Origin: Squalus acanthias | Lineage: Eukaryota | Direction of reading: 5' to 3' | Length of the DNA stretch: 64,000 nucleotides | Assembly (NCBI GenBank): GCA_030390025.1 | Contig: CM059431.1 | Span: forward strand, 134,480,001-134,544,000 | Shown: piece by piece, positions 1 to 12,009 of the stretch | How the letters are laid out: the number at the start of each line of letters is the position of its first letter | Position numbering within the stretch: the stretch's first letter is position 1 | Translations under genes and position numbers: made by a program | The notes under the pieces: model-generated | The model's input: the letters and a program-made list of their open reading frames with translations, nothing else | Databases searched by the model: none | Told to the model about the DNA's origin: nothing

Positions 1-1215
1 ACAAATCAAATTGGGCAGGGCTGCCTTGAGGATGAGTTCATTGAGTGTATTAGGGATGGGTTTCTTGAGCAGTATGTAACTGAACCGACCAGGGGGCAAG
101 CAACCTTAGATCTGGTCCTGTGTAACGAGACAGAATTAATTAAAAATGTCCTAGTAAAGGATCCCCTTGGAATGAGTGACCATAATATGGTTGAATTCCA
201 TATTCAATTAGAGGGTGAGAAGGTTGGATCTCAAACAAGCGTGCTAAGCTTGAATAAAGGAGACTATGAAGGTATGCGAGCAGAATCGAGTAGAGTGGAT
301 AGGGAAAATAGATTAAAGGGTAAGACAATACATGATCAGTGGTGTACATTTAAGGAGTTATTTTACAACTTCCAAAACAAATATATTCCACTGAGAAGAA
401 AAGAGTGTAAAAGAAAAGATAGTCATCCGTGGCTAATTAAAAAAATTAAGGATAGTATTCGACTAAAAACAAGGGCTTATAAGGTAGCCAAATCTAGTGG
501 GAGGATAGAGGATTGGGAAAACTTTAAAAGACAGCAAAAAATAACAGAAAGATTGATTAAGAAAGGGAAGATAGATTATGAAAGTAAATTAGCAAAAAAT
601 ATAAAAACAGATAGTAAGAGTTTTTATAGTTATATAAAAAGAAAAAGGGTGGCTAAAGTAAATGTTGGTCCCTTAGAGGATGAGACCGGGAAATTAATGG
701 TGGGAAATATGGAGATGGCAAAAACACTGAATGAATATTTTGTATCAGTCTTTACAGTAGAGGACACTAAGAATATCCCAACATTGGACAAACAGGGGGC
801 TAAAGAGGGGGAGGAGCTAAACACGATCAAAATCACTAAGGAAGTGGTACTCGGTAAAATAATGGGACTCAAGGCGGATAAATCACCTGGACCTGATGGC
901 TTACATCCTAGGGTCTTCAGGGAAGTGGCGGTAGGGATTGTGGATGCATTGGTAATAATTTTCCAAAACTCCCTGGACTCAGCAAAGATCCCGGCAGACT
1001 GGAAAACTGCTAATGTAACACCCTTATTTAAAAAGGGCAGTAGACAGAAGGCTGGAAACTATAGACCGGTTAGGTATCTGTGGTAGGTAAAATTTTGGAG
1101 TCCATTATTAAGGAGACAGTAACGGGACATTTGGATAATCATAATTTAATAGGACAAAGTCAGCATGGTTTTATGAAGGAGAAGTCATGTTTGACAAATT
1201 TGCTGGAGTTCTTTC
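1..1215 (+). mobile_element. CR1 LINE ORF2 fragment (end of APE endonuclease to start of RT)
   Basis: LDLVL/SDH motifs, KSPGPDG and NYRPV in ORF 172..1086; QHGF motif downstream. Confidence 0.9.
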
Positions 1216-3352
1216 AGCCATTTGCCTTCCTTATTGCTTGCTGTACCTGCATGCTAGCTTTCTGTGTTTCTTGCACGAGGACACCCAAATCTCTCTGAAC
1301 ACCAACATTTAACAGTTTCTCATCATTTAAAAAATATTCTGTTTTTCTATTCTTCCTATCTAAGTGAATAACCTCACATTTCCCGACATTATAGTCCATT
1401 TGCCACCTTACTGCCCACTCACTTAGTCTATCTATATCCCTTTGAAGACTCTTTGTGTTCTTCTCACAGCTTAGGGGTCGGTGCTGGGTCCCCAACTCTT
1501 TACAATCTATATTAACGATTTGGAGGAGGGGACCGAGTGTAACATATCAAAGTTTGCAGATGATACAAAGATGGGAGGGAAAGTAGAAAGTGAGGAGGAC
1601 ATAAAAAACCTACAAGGGGATATAGACAGGCTGGGTGAGTGGGCGGAGATTTGGCAGATGCAATACAATATTGGAAAATGTGAGGTTATGCACTTTGGCA
1701 GGAAAAATCAGAGAGCAAGTTATTATCTTAATGGTGAGAAACTGGAAAGTACTGCAGTACAAAGGGATCTGGGGGTCCTAGTGCAAGAAAATCAAAAAGT
1801 TAGTATGAAGGTGCAGCAGGTGATCAAGAAGGCCAATGGAATGTTGGCTTTTATTGCTAGGGGGATAGATTATAAAAACAGGGAGGTATTGCTGCAGTTA
1901 TATAAGGTATTGGTGAGACCGCACCTGGAATACTGCATACAGTTTTGGTGTCCATACTTAAGAAAAGACATACTTGCTCTCGAGGCAGTACAAAGAAGGT
2001 TCACTCGGTTAATCCCGGGGATGAGGGGGTGGACATATGAGGAGAGGTTGAGTAGATTGGGACTCTACTCATTGGAGTTGAGAAGAATGAGAGGCGATCT
2101 TATTGAAACATATAAGATTGTGAAGGGGCTTGATCGGGTGGATGCGGTAAGGATGTTCCCAAGGATGGGTGAAACTAGAACTAGGGGCATAATCTTAGAA
2201 TAAGGGGCTGCTCTTTCAAAACTGAGATGAGGAGAAACTTCTTCACTCAGAGGGTAGTAGGTCTGTGGAATTTGCTGCCCCAGGAAGCTGTGGAAGCTAC
2301 ATCATTAAATAAATTTAAAACAGAAATAGACAGTTTCCTAGAAGTAAAGGGAATTAGGGGTTACGGGGAGCGGGCAGGAAATTGGACATGAGGCTGAGTT
2401 CGGATCGGTCAAGGCCCTGTGGGTGGCGGAGCAGGCTCGAGGGGCCGATTGGCCTACTCCTGCTCCTATTTCTTATGTTCTTATGTTCTTACTATCCCAC
2501 CTAGCTTTGTATTGTCAGTAAACTTGGATACATTACACTCGGTCCCTTCATCTAGGTCATTAACATAGACTGTAAATAGCTGAGGCCCCAGCACTGATCC
2601 TTGCGGCACCCCACTAGTTACAGCCTGCCAACCTGAAAAAAAATGTTTATCCCTACTCTCTGTTTTCTGTCCATTAACCAATCCTCTATCCATGCTACTA
2701 TATTACCCCCAACCCCATGAGCCCTTATCTTGTGTAATAACCTTTTATGTGGTACCTTATCGAATGCCTTTTGGAAATCCAAATATACTACAGCCACTGG
2801 TTCCCTTTTATCTACCCTGCTAGTTACATCCTCAAAAAACTCTAATAAATTTGTCAAACACGATTCCCTTTCATAAAACCATGTTGACTCTGCCGAATCA
2901 TGTTATGATTTTCTAAGTGCCCTAATACCACTTCCTTAACAATGGATTCCAGCATTTTCCCAATGACTGATGTCAGGCTAACTGGCCTGTAGTTCCCGGT
3001 TTTGTCTCTCCCTCCTTTCTTGAATAGCGGTGTTACATTTGCTACTTTCCAATCCGCTGGGACCATTCTAGAAACTAGGGAATTTTGGAAGTTCAAAACC
3101 AATGTATCCACGATCTCTGCAGCCACCTCTTTTAGAACCCTAGGATGTAGGCCATCAGGTCCAGGGGATTTTTCCCATTAGTCCCATTAGTTTCTCTAGT
3201 ACTTTTTCTCTACTTATATTAATTATGTTAAGTTCCTCACCCTCATTAGCCCCTTGGTTCCCCACCATTTTTGGTATGCTTTTTGTGTCTTCTACTGTGA
3301 AGACAGATACAAAATATTTGTTTAACGTTTCTGCCATTTCCTTATTCCCATA
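1216..3352 (-). mobile_element. Degenerate CR1 LINE, interrupted by a younger CR1 at 1474-2490
   Basis: Minus-strand ORFs with NYRPVSLTS, YLDFQKAFD and [10 protein letters not shown]; sequence is collinear across the insertion. Confidence 0.88.
1474..2490 (+). mobile_element. Young 5'-truncated CR1 LINE
   Basis: 240-aa ORF with FADD motif; (TTCTTATG)n tail; CTTA at both junctions; nearly identical to 28229-28829. Confidence 0.92.
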
Positions 3353-5580
3353 GCGTTTGAAAGGGAGAAACACGAAACAGCTACTAAGATTCTAGATTTG
3401 GGTAAGGCCGACTTCAAGGGGATGAGACAGAGCCTGTCCACGGTAAACTGGGCAAATCTGTTCATGGGTAAAACGAAAGAAGATCAGTGGAAGATGTTTA
3501 AAAAATAACTTAACGTGATACAGAACCAGTTTATACCCCTGAGGGGCAAGAGCTTTACTTGCCAAAAAAAATAGCCATGGACGACTAAAGAGGTAAGGGA
3601 CGGCATAAAACTAAAGGAAAAAGCATACGAAAATGCAAAAAATAGCACAGATCCTGGCGAATGGGAAAGATACAAAGAACAGAAAAGGGTCACAAAACAG
3701 ATAGCAAGAGCTACAAAAAAGGAGTATGAAAAGAAACTTGCAAGGAATATCAAAATCAAAACGAAGAATTTTTACAATTATCTTAGGAAAAAGAGGGTAG
3801 TCAGGAGCAATGTTGGCCCCTTAAAAGTTGAAAGCGGTGATATTGTCAATGATAATAAGGAAATGGTGGACATGTTGAATAATTACTTTGTGTCAGTATT
3901 TACAGTAGAGGAAGAGGATAGCATGCCAGAAATCCCAAGGAAACTAATATTGAATCAGGAACATGGACTCAATAAACTTAACATAAGTAAAATAACAATA
4001 ATAATGAAGAAATTAATGGCACTAAAGAGTGACAAAGCCCAGGACCAGATGGTTTCCATCCCAGGTTTTGAAAGGAAGTAGGTGAGCACATTGCAGATGC
4101 CCTAACTATAATCTTCCAAAGTTCTCCAGATTCAGGAACCGTTCCTTTAGATTGGAAAGTTGCGCATGTCACTCCGCTATTTAAGAATGGCGAGAGAGGG
4201 AAACCAGGGAATTATAGACCAGTTAGCCTAACATCTGTTGTCAGGAAATTGCAATGAGTCTATAATTAAGGAGAGGGTGACTGAACACCTTGAAAATTTT
4301 CAGTTGAGCAGAAAGAGCCAGCATGGATTTGTGAAAGGTAGGTCATGCCTGACAAACGTGATTGAATTTTTTGAGGAGGTGACTAAAGTAGTGGACAGGG
4401 GAATGTCTATGTTATTGATATGAACTTCCAGAAGGCATTTGATAAAGTCCCACATAAGAGACTGTTATCTAAGATAGAAGTCCACGGAATAAGGGCAAAT
4501 TATTGACCTGGTTAGAAAATTGGCTGAGCGGCAGGAGACAGAGAGTCGGGATAATGGGTAAGTACTCAAATTGGCAGGATGTGACTAGTGGTGTCCCGCA
4601 GGGATCTGTGTTGGGGCCTCAACTATTAACAATATTTATTAATGACTTAGATGATGGCATAGAAAGTCATATATCCCAATTTGCCGATGACAGAAAGATA
4701 GGCATCATTGTAGGCAGTGTAGTTGAAAGCATAACATTACAAAGGGATATTGATAGATTAAGTGAATGGGCAAAACTGTGGCAAATGGATTTCTATGTAA
4801 GCAAATGTGAGGTCGTCCACTTTGGACCAAAAAAGGATAGAACAGGATTCTTTCTAAATGGTGAAAAGCTAAAAACAGTGGATGTCCAAAGAGACTTGGG
4901 GGTCCAGGTACATAGATCATTAAAATGTCACGAACAGGTACAGAAAATAATCAAAAAGGCTAATGGAATGCTGGCCTTTATATCTAGAGGACTAGAATAC
5001 AAAGGGGTAGAAGTTATGCTGCAGCTGTACAAAGCCCTGGTTAGACCACACCTGGAGTACTGTGAGCAGTTCTGGACACCACACCGTAGGAAGGATATAT
5101 TTGCCTTGGAGGGAGTGCAGCGTAGATTTACCAGAATGATACTCGGACTTCAAGGACTAAGTTACAAGAAGAGATTACACAAATTAGGGTTATATTCCCT
5201 AGAATTTAGAAGGTAAGGGGTGATCTGTTCGAAGTTTTCAAAATATTAAGGGGAACAGATAGGATAGATAGAGAGAAACTATTTCTGCTGGTTCGGGTTC
5301 TAGGACTAGGGGGCATCGTCTAAAAATTAGAGCCAGACCTTTCAGGAATGAAATGAGGAAACACTTCTACACACAAAGGGTGGAAGAAGGTCGCAACTCT
5401 CTTCTGCAAACGGCAATTGGTGCTAGATCAATTGATAATTTTAAAACAGAGATTGATAGATTTTTGTATTAAGGGATATGGAGCAAAGGCGGGTATATGG
5501 AGTTAGGTCACAGATCAGCCATGATCATACTGAATACAGGCTCGAGGGGCTGAATGGTCTACTCCTGTTCCTATGTTCTT
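3353..5580 (+). mobile_element. Degenerate CR1 LINE with 3' end
   Basis: RT ORF 4503..5216; CR1 3' stem-loop and CCTATGTT-type tail; same subfamily as 38035-39314. Confidence 0.88.
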
Positions 5581-5782
5581 AAACCTCTCCGCCTCGCTAC
5601 CTCTTTCCTCCTTTAAGATGCTCCTTAAAACCTACCTCTTTTACCAGGATTTTGGTCACCTGGCCTAATTTCTCCTTATGTGGCTTGGTGTCAAATTTTT
5701 GTCTCATAATACTCCTGTGAAGCGCCTTGGGACATCTTACTACATTAAAGGTGTTGTATAAATACAAGTTGTTGTTGTTGTT
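5581..5782 (+). mobile_element. L2-type LINE 3' end
   Basis: LKTYLF-type C-terminus, TGTGAAGCGCCTTGGGAC 3' motif and (GTT)n tail; similar to 54655-54830. Confidence 0.7.
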
Positions 5783-5840
5783 GTAGGATCATCTTCAACA
5801 ACATATATGTTATTCATAAACAAATTAAGTAAAAACTGAC

Positions 5841-5955
5841 CTGATCCAGGTTTGATAGACTGTTGGGATCCTGACTGAGTGCTTGATACTGGCCTCGAAG
5901 GCGATCGCCTGCTGCTATTTTCCTAAATTTCTTTAAATCCACAATATACAAAGCA
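5841..5955 (-). CDS. UGGT2: UGGT2 coding exon ([39 protein letters not shown])
   Basis: Lies within ORF 5814..6044; TAG acceptor, GTCAGT donor; 115 nt; [15 protein letters not shown] motif. Confidence 0.95.
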
Positions 5956-6199
5956 CTAGAAAAAGAGATAATACAACCACTGTGATTTTTGTAGATTTTC
6001 TTCATTATAACCATAGGACATGAGACAGTTAAAATATCCAGCACTCTGGAGTCATAACTGAATCGCCATCACAAATCAAAAAATGTCTTTGGCCAAAGTC
6101 CAATCAATTTAGTAAAACATGTTAACAAATCCTCAGCACAATGAACAAAATCATGATGAGAAAAGAGCATCTCTCTACTAAAGAATGTGATTACCACCA

Positions 6200-6332
6200 T
6201 AAAGCTGTTGGATTGTTGTAAAAACTCATCTGGTTCACTAATATCCTTGAGCGAAGGAAACCTGACATCCTTACCCGATCTGACTCCAGTTCCACACCAA
6301 TGTGGTTGACTCACAACTGCCCTCTAAAATGG
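6200..6332 (+). mobile_element. Fragment of an abundant shark SINE-like repeat
   Basis: GGTTCACTAAT..AAGGAAA..ATGTGGTTGACTC..AACTGCCCTCT motif recognised from memory of elasmobranch repeats; not verified by search. Confidence 0.45.
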
Positions 6333-6669
6333 GTGGTTTTGACAAGGCATAGAAGATGTAGCAAACAATAGACTTATTACTGCAGTAAAACATTCCTAAT
6401 GAGGTTTTAGAAACAAATTTCTGGATATTATTTGCTTCTTGTAATGCTAGTCATATTAATATCTGATGGAAATTACATGTGGACAGAAATAACTAATGGC
6501 TCACTGCTAAATTTTATTCCTGTTAAAATGTACTAATTGAAGAAATGGACTTTATTTCATACATTACACTACCCCAAGGCAGATTTTTCTCCTTTTTAAA
6601 AAGGTAAAAAATGTTTTTTCCTCTTTTCCTCCACCCCTTCCAACTACAAGTATTCAGAAGAGATTATAC

Positions 6670-6830
6670 CTAATGTGGTACTTTCTGCCTCCCAAATGTG
6701 AGGCCCAGTATCCTGAGGTCCAGAAGCGGTAACCATCCATTTCTTTACGACTGTCACAGAATGGTGTGTATCCATAGGGTGCACCCTCAAGATCCAAATC
6801 GCGTAGTTCTTTTAAGTCAGTTCTCACAAT
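6670..6830 (-). CDS. UGGT2: UGGT2 coding exon ([53 protein letters not shown]+2 nt)
   Basis: Conserved [12 protein letters not shown] and YHISALY motifs; 161 nt; GTATAA donor; acceptor is GAG. Confidence 0.95.
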
Positions 6831-7813
6831 CTCGACAGGAGAGAAGCAAAGTAAATATTGAATACTGGTAATTTCTTCATTAAAGAAGCAGTGTTCAACA
6901 ACTTTTTTTTAAAGAGAGATCTCTTGTATACTTTGGGAAAAGTGAAGAGTCTTACATGATGTCAGAAGCAAATGATTTAAGAGATGTAGAGTTAGAGCTA
7001 GGAAAAAAATGAAGATGTACTGAAAAGATGCACTAATTTTGATAAACGATGGAAGCTTTCAATCTCAGGAAGAAATTACCCCGACTAAAGCATTTTAAGA
7101 AGTGATATTTTGACAATAAAAAGAAAAACTAGTTAACTCTGCTCTGTAGTTCTGTTTTTATTAAAAGAAGCTAAAAAGAAATAGTCAATAGTATTTAACT
7201 ACGCCCATTGGCAGAGGGAAAAAAGCCTAAACTCTATAAGGGCTTTCTTCTGTGCTCAGTATTGGCAAGTAACAACACCATTTACAGTACTGTAAATCAA
7301 ATGAGGCCATGACAGAAATTTACTTGTATGCAATGTTTTTCAACTAATCACTTTCTTACAATCAGTTGTACACAAGTGGGCTTGACTACAACATTTGTAC
7401 TGTTCTTGGGTGCTGTAGATTTTTTTCAATAGCCAAAGTCTATTCTGACCCTTTCCATCTTTGACTGTATGTATTAATGTCACATATTTACATTGCGCTC
7501 ATTTCTATATCATTAATATAGCATGCATATAAATTGTGCAATCTGCACATGTTGCAGTAGCTCCTGGATGTATCTGCACTGGCCAAGGTCAGGTCTCTGA
7601 GCCCATTTCTGAAAGTGAGAAGATGGGCAAATGGTGCATGGTAGAGGTGTATCCCAGAGTAGGGCCTGGCTTCCGCACACCCTTATCCTCTGCCTTCCCA
7701 GGCCATTTCCATATCTAGAAGAGATCAATTCTGCAGCTATCAAAGGGTCAAAGCCCCAAGTTTAAGTCTGATACCCATGGGAGGGGAGAGAAAGAGACAG
7801 AGAAAGAGATATA

Positions 7814-8547
7814 GGCCTGGATTTTACAGTCAGTGGTGAAGTGATGGCCCTCGCCGGTGACCTCGAAGAAAGCGGCCCACAAACATCTAGCAATTTCTGT
7901 GGTGTCGATTTTACCTCTTCTGATGTTATTTTGAATCTAGTGCCAAGTCTAGGGATTTCCAGCATCCAGCAACAGTGATTTTATCCAGCTGGCTAAGTAG
8001 CCAATCGCATTAAAGAATTCTCGTAGACAACAAACCAGGAAGTAAAATGCATGGAATTATCTTCACTTTTTAATCATTTTACAGAGAGCGAAATAAAGAT
8101 TAGGACATACACATGGGATTATGGTAGAGGCTGAAATATCAAAGTTTTGGGAAAAAAATTAAAAACCATGGAATTTTTATAATGGAAAAATTTGACATTC
8201 CATAAATATAAAATTAGCTTTTCAGGCCCAGAATGGTTGTGCAGCAGTAAGTATGACTCAGTACACCATTAAAAACCCAGTTACACCTCATTCAACAAGG
8301 ATTAAATTTTTCAGGGGTTTTTAGGAGCGATATTCAAGTGTAAAAGGGGAAGTTTTCGTCAGTTCGGTGATTTCAATTGATTGCTGGGGAGTTCTACAGC
8401 GCCCCCTGTGGAGGAGCAGGGAATGAACTTCTGGATTTCCGCGTTTAACTGCGCATGTGCGTACTCCAGAGGTTGCTGTCAGATTCACAGTTGTAATGAT
8501 GGCGAACACTGACAGTTTTGCCATCATTACAACTGAAAATTCTGGAC
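7814..8547. mobile_element. Non-autonomous Harbinger-type MITE
   Basis: Imperfect TIRs GGCCTGGATTTTACAGT / ACTGAAAATTCTGGAC; no coding capacity. Confidence 0.65.
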
Positions 8548-8914
8548 TATAGAGGGAAAGCAAGATTGACTGTTACAGAGATAATGGGAGAGAAAATGTG
8601 CATGAGAGGCATAGAGTGTGGGAGACATAAAAAAGAGCAAACAGAGGAAGTAAGATACATACATAAAGGGGGAGCGAGTAAAAAAGGACTCAGAGGATAA
8701 ACAGTGAAAATATGAGAAGCATACAGGGATAAAGAGAAAGAAAGGCAGAGACAAAAAGAGTGAAAAACAAACAGAAAAACAGAGAGTGTGTCAGGAAGAC
8801 AAACAGTTACAGGTGATAATTTAAAAAGCATATATATTCATCTAAAATGCAGCACCACAGGACTAGTGTGACTAAAAGTGAATTTATTCAAATACCCTAG
8901 CTTGTACTAGGAGT

Positions 8915-9151
8915 AAAATGAGAAGTCGCACAACACCAGGTTATAGTCCAACAGATTTATTTAAAATTACAAGCTTTCGGAGCTATCGATCGCCCCTTCT
9001 TCAGGTAAAGTTACACTCCCTTTACCTGAAGAAGGGGCGATCGATAGCTCCGAAAGCTTGTAATTTTAAATAAATCTGTTGGACTATAACCTGGTGTTGT
9101 GCGACTTCTCATTTTTGTCCACCCCAGTCCAACGCCAGCATCTCTGCATCA
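8915..9151 (+). mobile_element. Palindromic Penelope-type pLTR insertion
   Basis: 96-bp perfect arms (8915-9010 / 9020-9115), 9-nt loop, unique 3' extension; 12-bp TSD TGTACTAGGAGT (8903-8914, 9152-9163). Confidence 0.85.
9022..9063 (+). ncRNA. Minimal type I hammerhead ribozyme motif (mirror copy on minus strand at 8967-9008)
   Basis: TTAC-CTGAAGA-A-GGGGC/GCTCC-GAAA-GC-TT-GTAA: stem I, CUGANGA core, stem II, GAAA, palindromic AAGCTT. Confidence 0.75.
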
Positions 9152-9324
9152 TGTACTAGGAGTGACAGTGCATTTAACAATTTCAGAATTGTACCAGCAG
9201 GCATTTTTGGGAGGATGAGGTCTAATAGTAGTCTCCAATATGGTGCAAACAGTTACACATTTTACCAATAGAAATTTCCCTCCGTTCTATTGCTGTATAT
9301 CTGCTGTACAGAACTTGACTTCTT

Positions 9325-9520
9325 AGGGGAGATTTTCCTGGGTCTATGCCCACACCTGGGTGCAGCAAATATTGGAAAATTGAATGGGTTATAGTGCAAA
9401 GGAAGCACAGATTTTTTTGAAATTTAACTTAATGTAATGCACTGCAAACTGCCCAATTTTCTGATATTCTCTGTGCCCAGGCGATCCATGTTGGCTGGGC
9501 ACAGACCCAACAAATCTAGT
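9325..9520. mobile_element. Degenerate palindromic MITE
   Basis: Inverted pairs CTGGGTCTATGCCCA/TGGGCACAGACCCA and AATATTGGAAAATTG/CAATTTTCTGATATT; GGGGAGATTTT left end. Confidence 0.5.
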
Positions 9521-9579
9521 TTATTAGGCTATTCAATCCCTATGTGGGTCAAGCCACCATTCAAAAGAAACGCATTTAC

Positions 9580-9762
9580 CTGGTCAGCATCAACAAAGAT
9601 TATTTTGTTAACAGCTAATGGGAAGAGAACGTCTAGAAAAAGGATCTTATAGCCCCAGATAATCCTCTGTTTCTCTGACTGCTGATGGAGCCACCTAGGC
9701 CACTTGTACTGCACCAACTCATACTGGAATCCATATTCATTTGCCATTTCTGGAATGAACTC
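9580..9762 (-). CDS. UGGT2: UGGT2 coding exon ([11 protein letters not shown]...[23 protein letters not shown]) with catalytic DxD motif
   Basis: Lies within ORF 9529..9747; TAG acceptor, GTAAAT donor; 183 nt. [13 protein letters not shown] matches UGGT2 better than UGGT1 (PLVVDKFLF), from my recollection of the human paralogues. Confidence 0.95.
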
Positions 9763-9991
9763 CTAGGTGAAGAAATTAAAGTTGTTAAGCAAGATATTCC
9801 TTCTATAACACAACAGTATCCAGAATACCACAAATAAGCAGGGCACTCTTCACCAGAATAAGAAAAACAACAAAGAACATTATTTTAAGTTACTCCAAAT
9901 GGTGTCATTTGCACCTATTAGTGTAAGGCTTGCAAACAAAAGGTATTATGTGGTTAAGGAAACCAATCACAATACAGAGATACTGATAAAT

Positions 9992-10152
9992 AAAAAGCGA
10001 AATACTGCAGAGGCTTAAAATCTGAAACAGAAAATTCTGGAAATACTCAGCAGGCCAGTTCTGATGAAGGATCTGCATACTCAAAATGTTAATTTGTATG
10101 TTCTCTTTACAAATGCTGCCTGACCTGCTGAGCGTTTCCAATAGTTTCTGTT
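9992..10152 (+). mobile_element. Decayed Penelope-type pLTR inverted repeat with degenerate hammerhead core
   Basis: Similar to 30190-30322; AGTT-CTGATGA-AGG at 10057; inverted arms GGAAATACTCAGCAGG / CCTGCTGAGCGTTTCC. Confidence 0.6.
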
Positions 10153-10194
10153 ACTGCAATTTGTTCAATGTACTGAATATCAAAGTTCCCTTAC

Positions 10195-10279
10195 TTTGAA
10201 AGTAGGAGAGAGGTAATTCTTCAAAAACCAGAACTTGACAGGGGATTTGGTGTGTTTTAACACAGAAAGCATCATTATT
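10195..10279 (-). CDS. UGGT2: UGGT2 coding exon ([28 protein letters not shown])
   Basis: Closely matches the conserved UGGT sequence; TTTCAG acceptor, GTAAGG donor; 85 nt. Confidence 0.95.
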
Positions 10280-12009
10280 CTGAAAATATAAATGTAAAAA
10301 ACAAAGAATTTAACATTTTAAAGTCTGCATGTTGCCAATGCAACTTAAATACGGAAAATGGTATGGGCTGTTAGACACAATGAATTACTCAGAATGCAAG
10401 TTACATCACCCACCCAATTTTGTACCAGTCAAAATACCATTTCCTAATCAAGAAAACAAAGTTAAGTTGTAACATACATAGTCAGGGAAAACAACTGAAT
10501 AAACACAAACCAGAAAAAGGTTAAAGTTAGTGAAGTTAATGAAGGAACTTATCCTTGTTTATATCATGGTGTGTTCTCTAGAGTAAAACATCCATTTGAT
10601 ACAGTTTTCATTCAATTCCAATGTGTATTCATATATGGAAGTTGTATTCATAAATGCAATTAAAACCAGCTGGTACATTCAATAACAGGCCCCACTACAT
10701 TCTCAGAGATGCACAATTTGACTTCACAGAATCATACAGCACAGAAAGAGGCCATTTGGCCCATTGTATCTGTGCCGAAAGAGCTATCCAATTAGTTCTG
10801 CCACCCTGCTCTTTCCCCATAGGCCTGCAGATTTCTCCTTGTTAAGTATATAAACACTTCCCGTTTGAAAGTTACTAATGAATCCTCTTCCACCACCCTT
10901 TCAGGCAATGCATTCCAGAACACAACAATTCGTTCCCCCCCAGGCTTTTTTGCCAATTATCTTAAATCTGTCTCCTCTGCTAACTGACCCTCCTGCCAGT
11001 GGAAATAGTTTCTCCTTATCAACTCTATCAAAACCCCTCATAATTTTGAACACCTCTATTAAATCTCCCCTTAACCTTCTTGGCTCTAAGGAGAACAATC
11101 CCAGCTTCTCTAGTCTCCCCACATAACTGAATTCCCTCATCCCTGGTACCATTCTGGTAAACTTTTTCTGCACCCTCTCCAAGGCCTTGACATCCTTCCC
11201 AAAGTGTGGTGCCCAGATTTGGACACAATACTCTAGCTGAGGTTTAACCAGTGGTTTATAAAGGTTTACCATAACTTCCTTGCTTTCGTACTACATGCCT
11301 CTATTTATAAAGCGAAGGATCCCATATGCTTTTTTAACAGCCTAATCAACTTGTTCTTCCTCTTTCAAAGATTTGTGTATGCAAACACCCAGGTCTCGGT
11401 ATTCCTGAACCCCTTTTAAAATTGTACCTTTTAGTTTATACTACCTCTTCTCATTCTTCTTTCCAAAATGCATCACTTCACGCTTGTCTGCATTAAATTT
11501 TATCTGCCATGTGTCTGCCCATTTCACTAGTCTGTCTATGTCCTCCTGAAGTCTGCTACTATCCTTCTCACTGTTTATTACATTTCTTTGAAATTATGCC
11601 CTCTATATGCAAGTCTAGGTCATTAAGATATATCAAAATGAGCAGTGGCCCCAATACAGACCCCTGGGGGACACCACTGTATACTTCCCTTGAGCCTGAA
11701 AAATAACCATTCACTATGACTCTTAGCTTTCTATCTCTCAGCCAATTTTATATCCACTGCCCCTTTAATCCCATGGTCTTAAATTTTGCGAACAAGTCTA
11801 TTATGTGGTACTTTATCAAACGCCTTTTGAAAGTCCATATATCGAACATCAACTGCACTATATTCATCAACCCGCTCGGTTATTTAATCGAAGAACTCAA
11901 TCAAGTTAGTCAGACACGATTTGCCTTAAACAAATCCGTGTTGACTGTCATTTATTAACTGATATTCTTTCAAGTGACAATTTATTTTGTCTCGAATTAC
12001 TGACTCTAG

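Noticed and set aside
10057..10095. Active hammerhead ribozyme
   Set aside because: CTGATGA is present, but stem II and GAAA are degraded.
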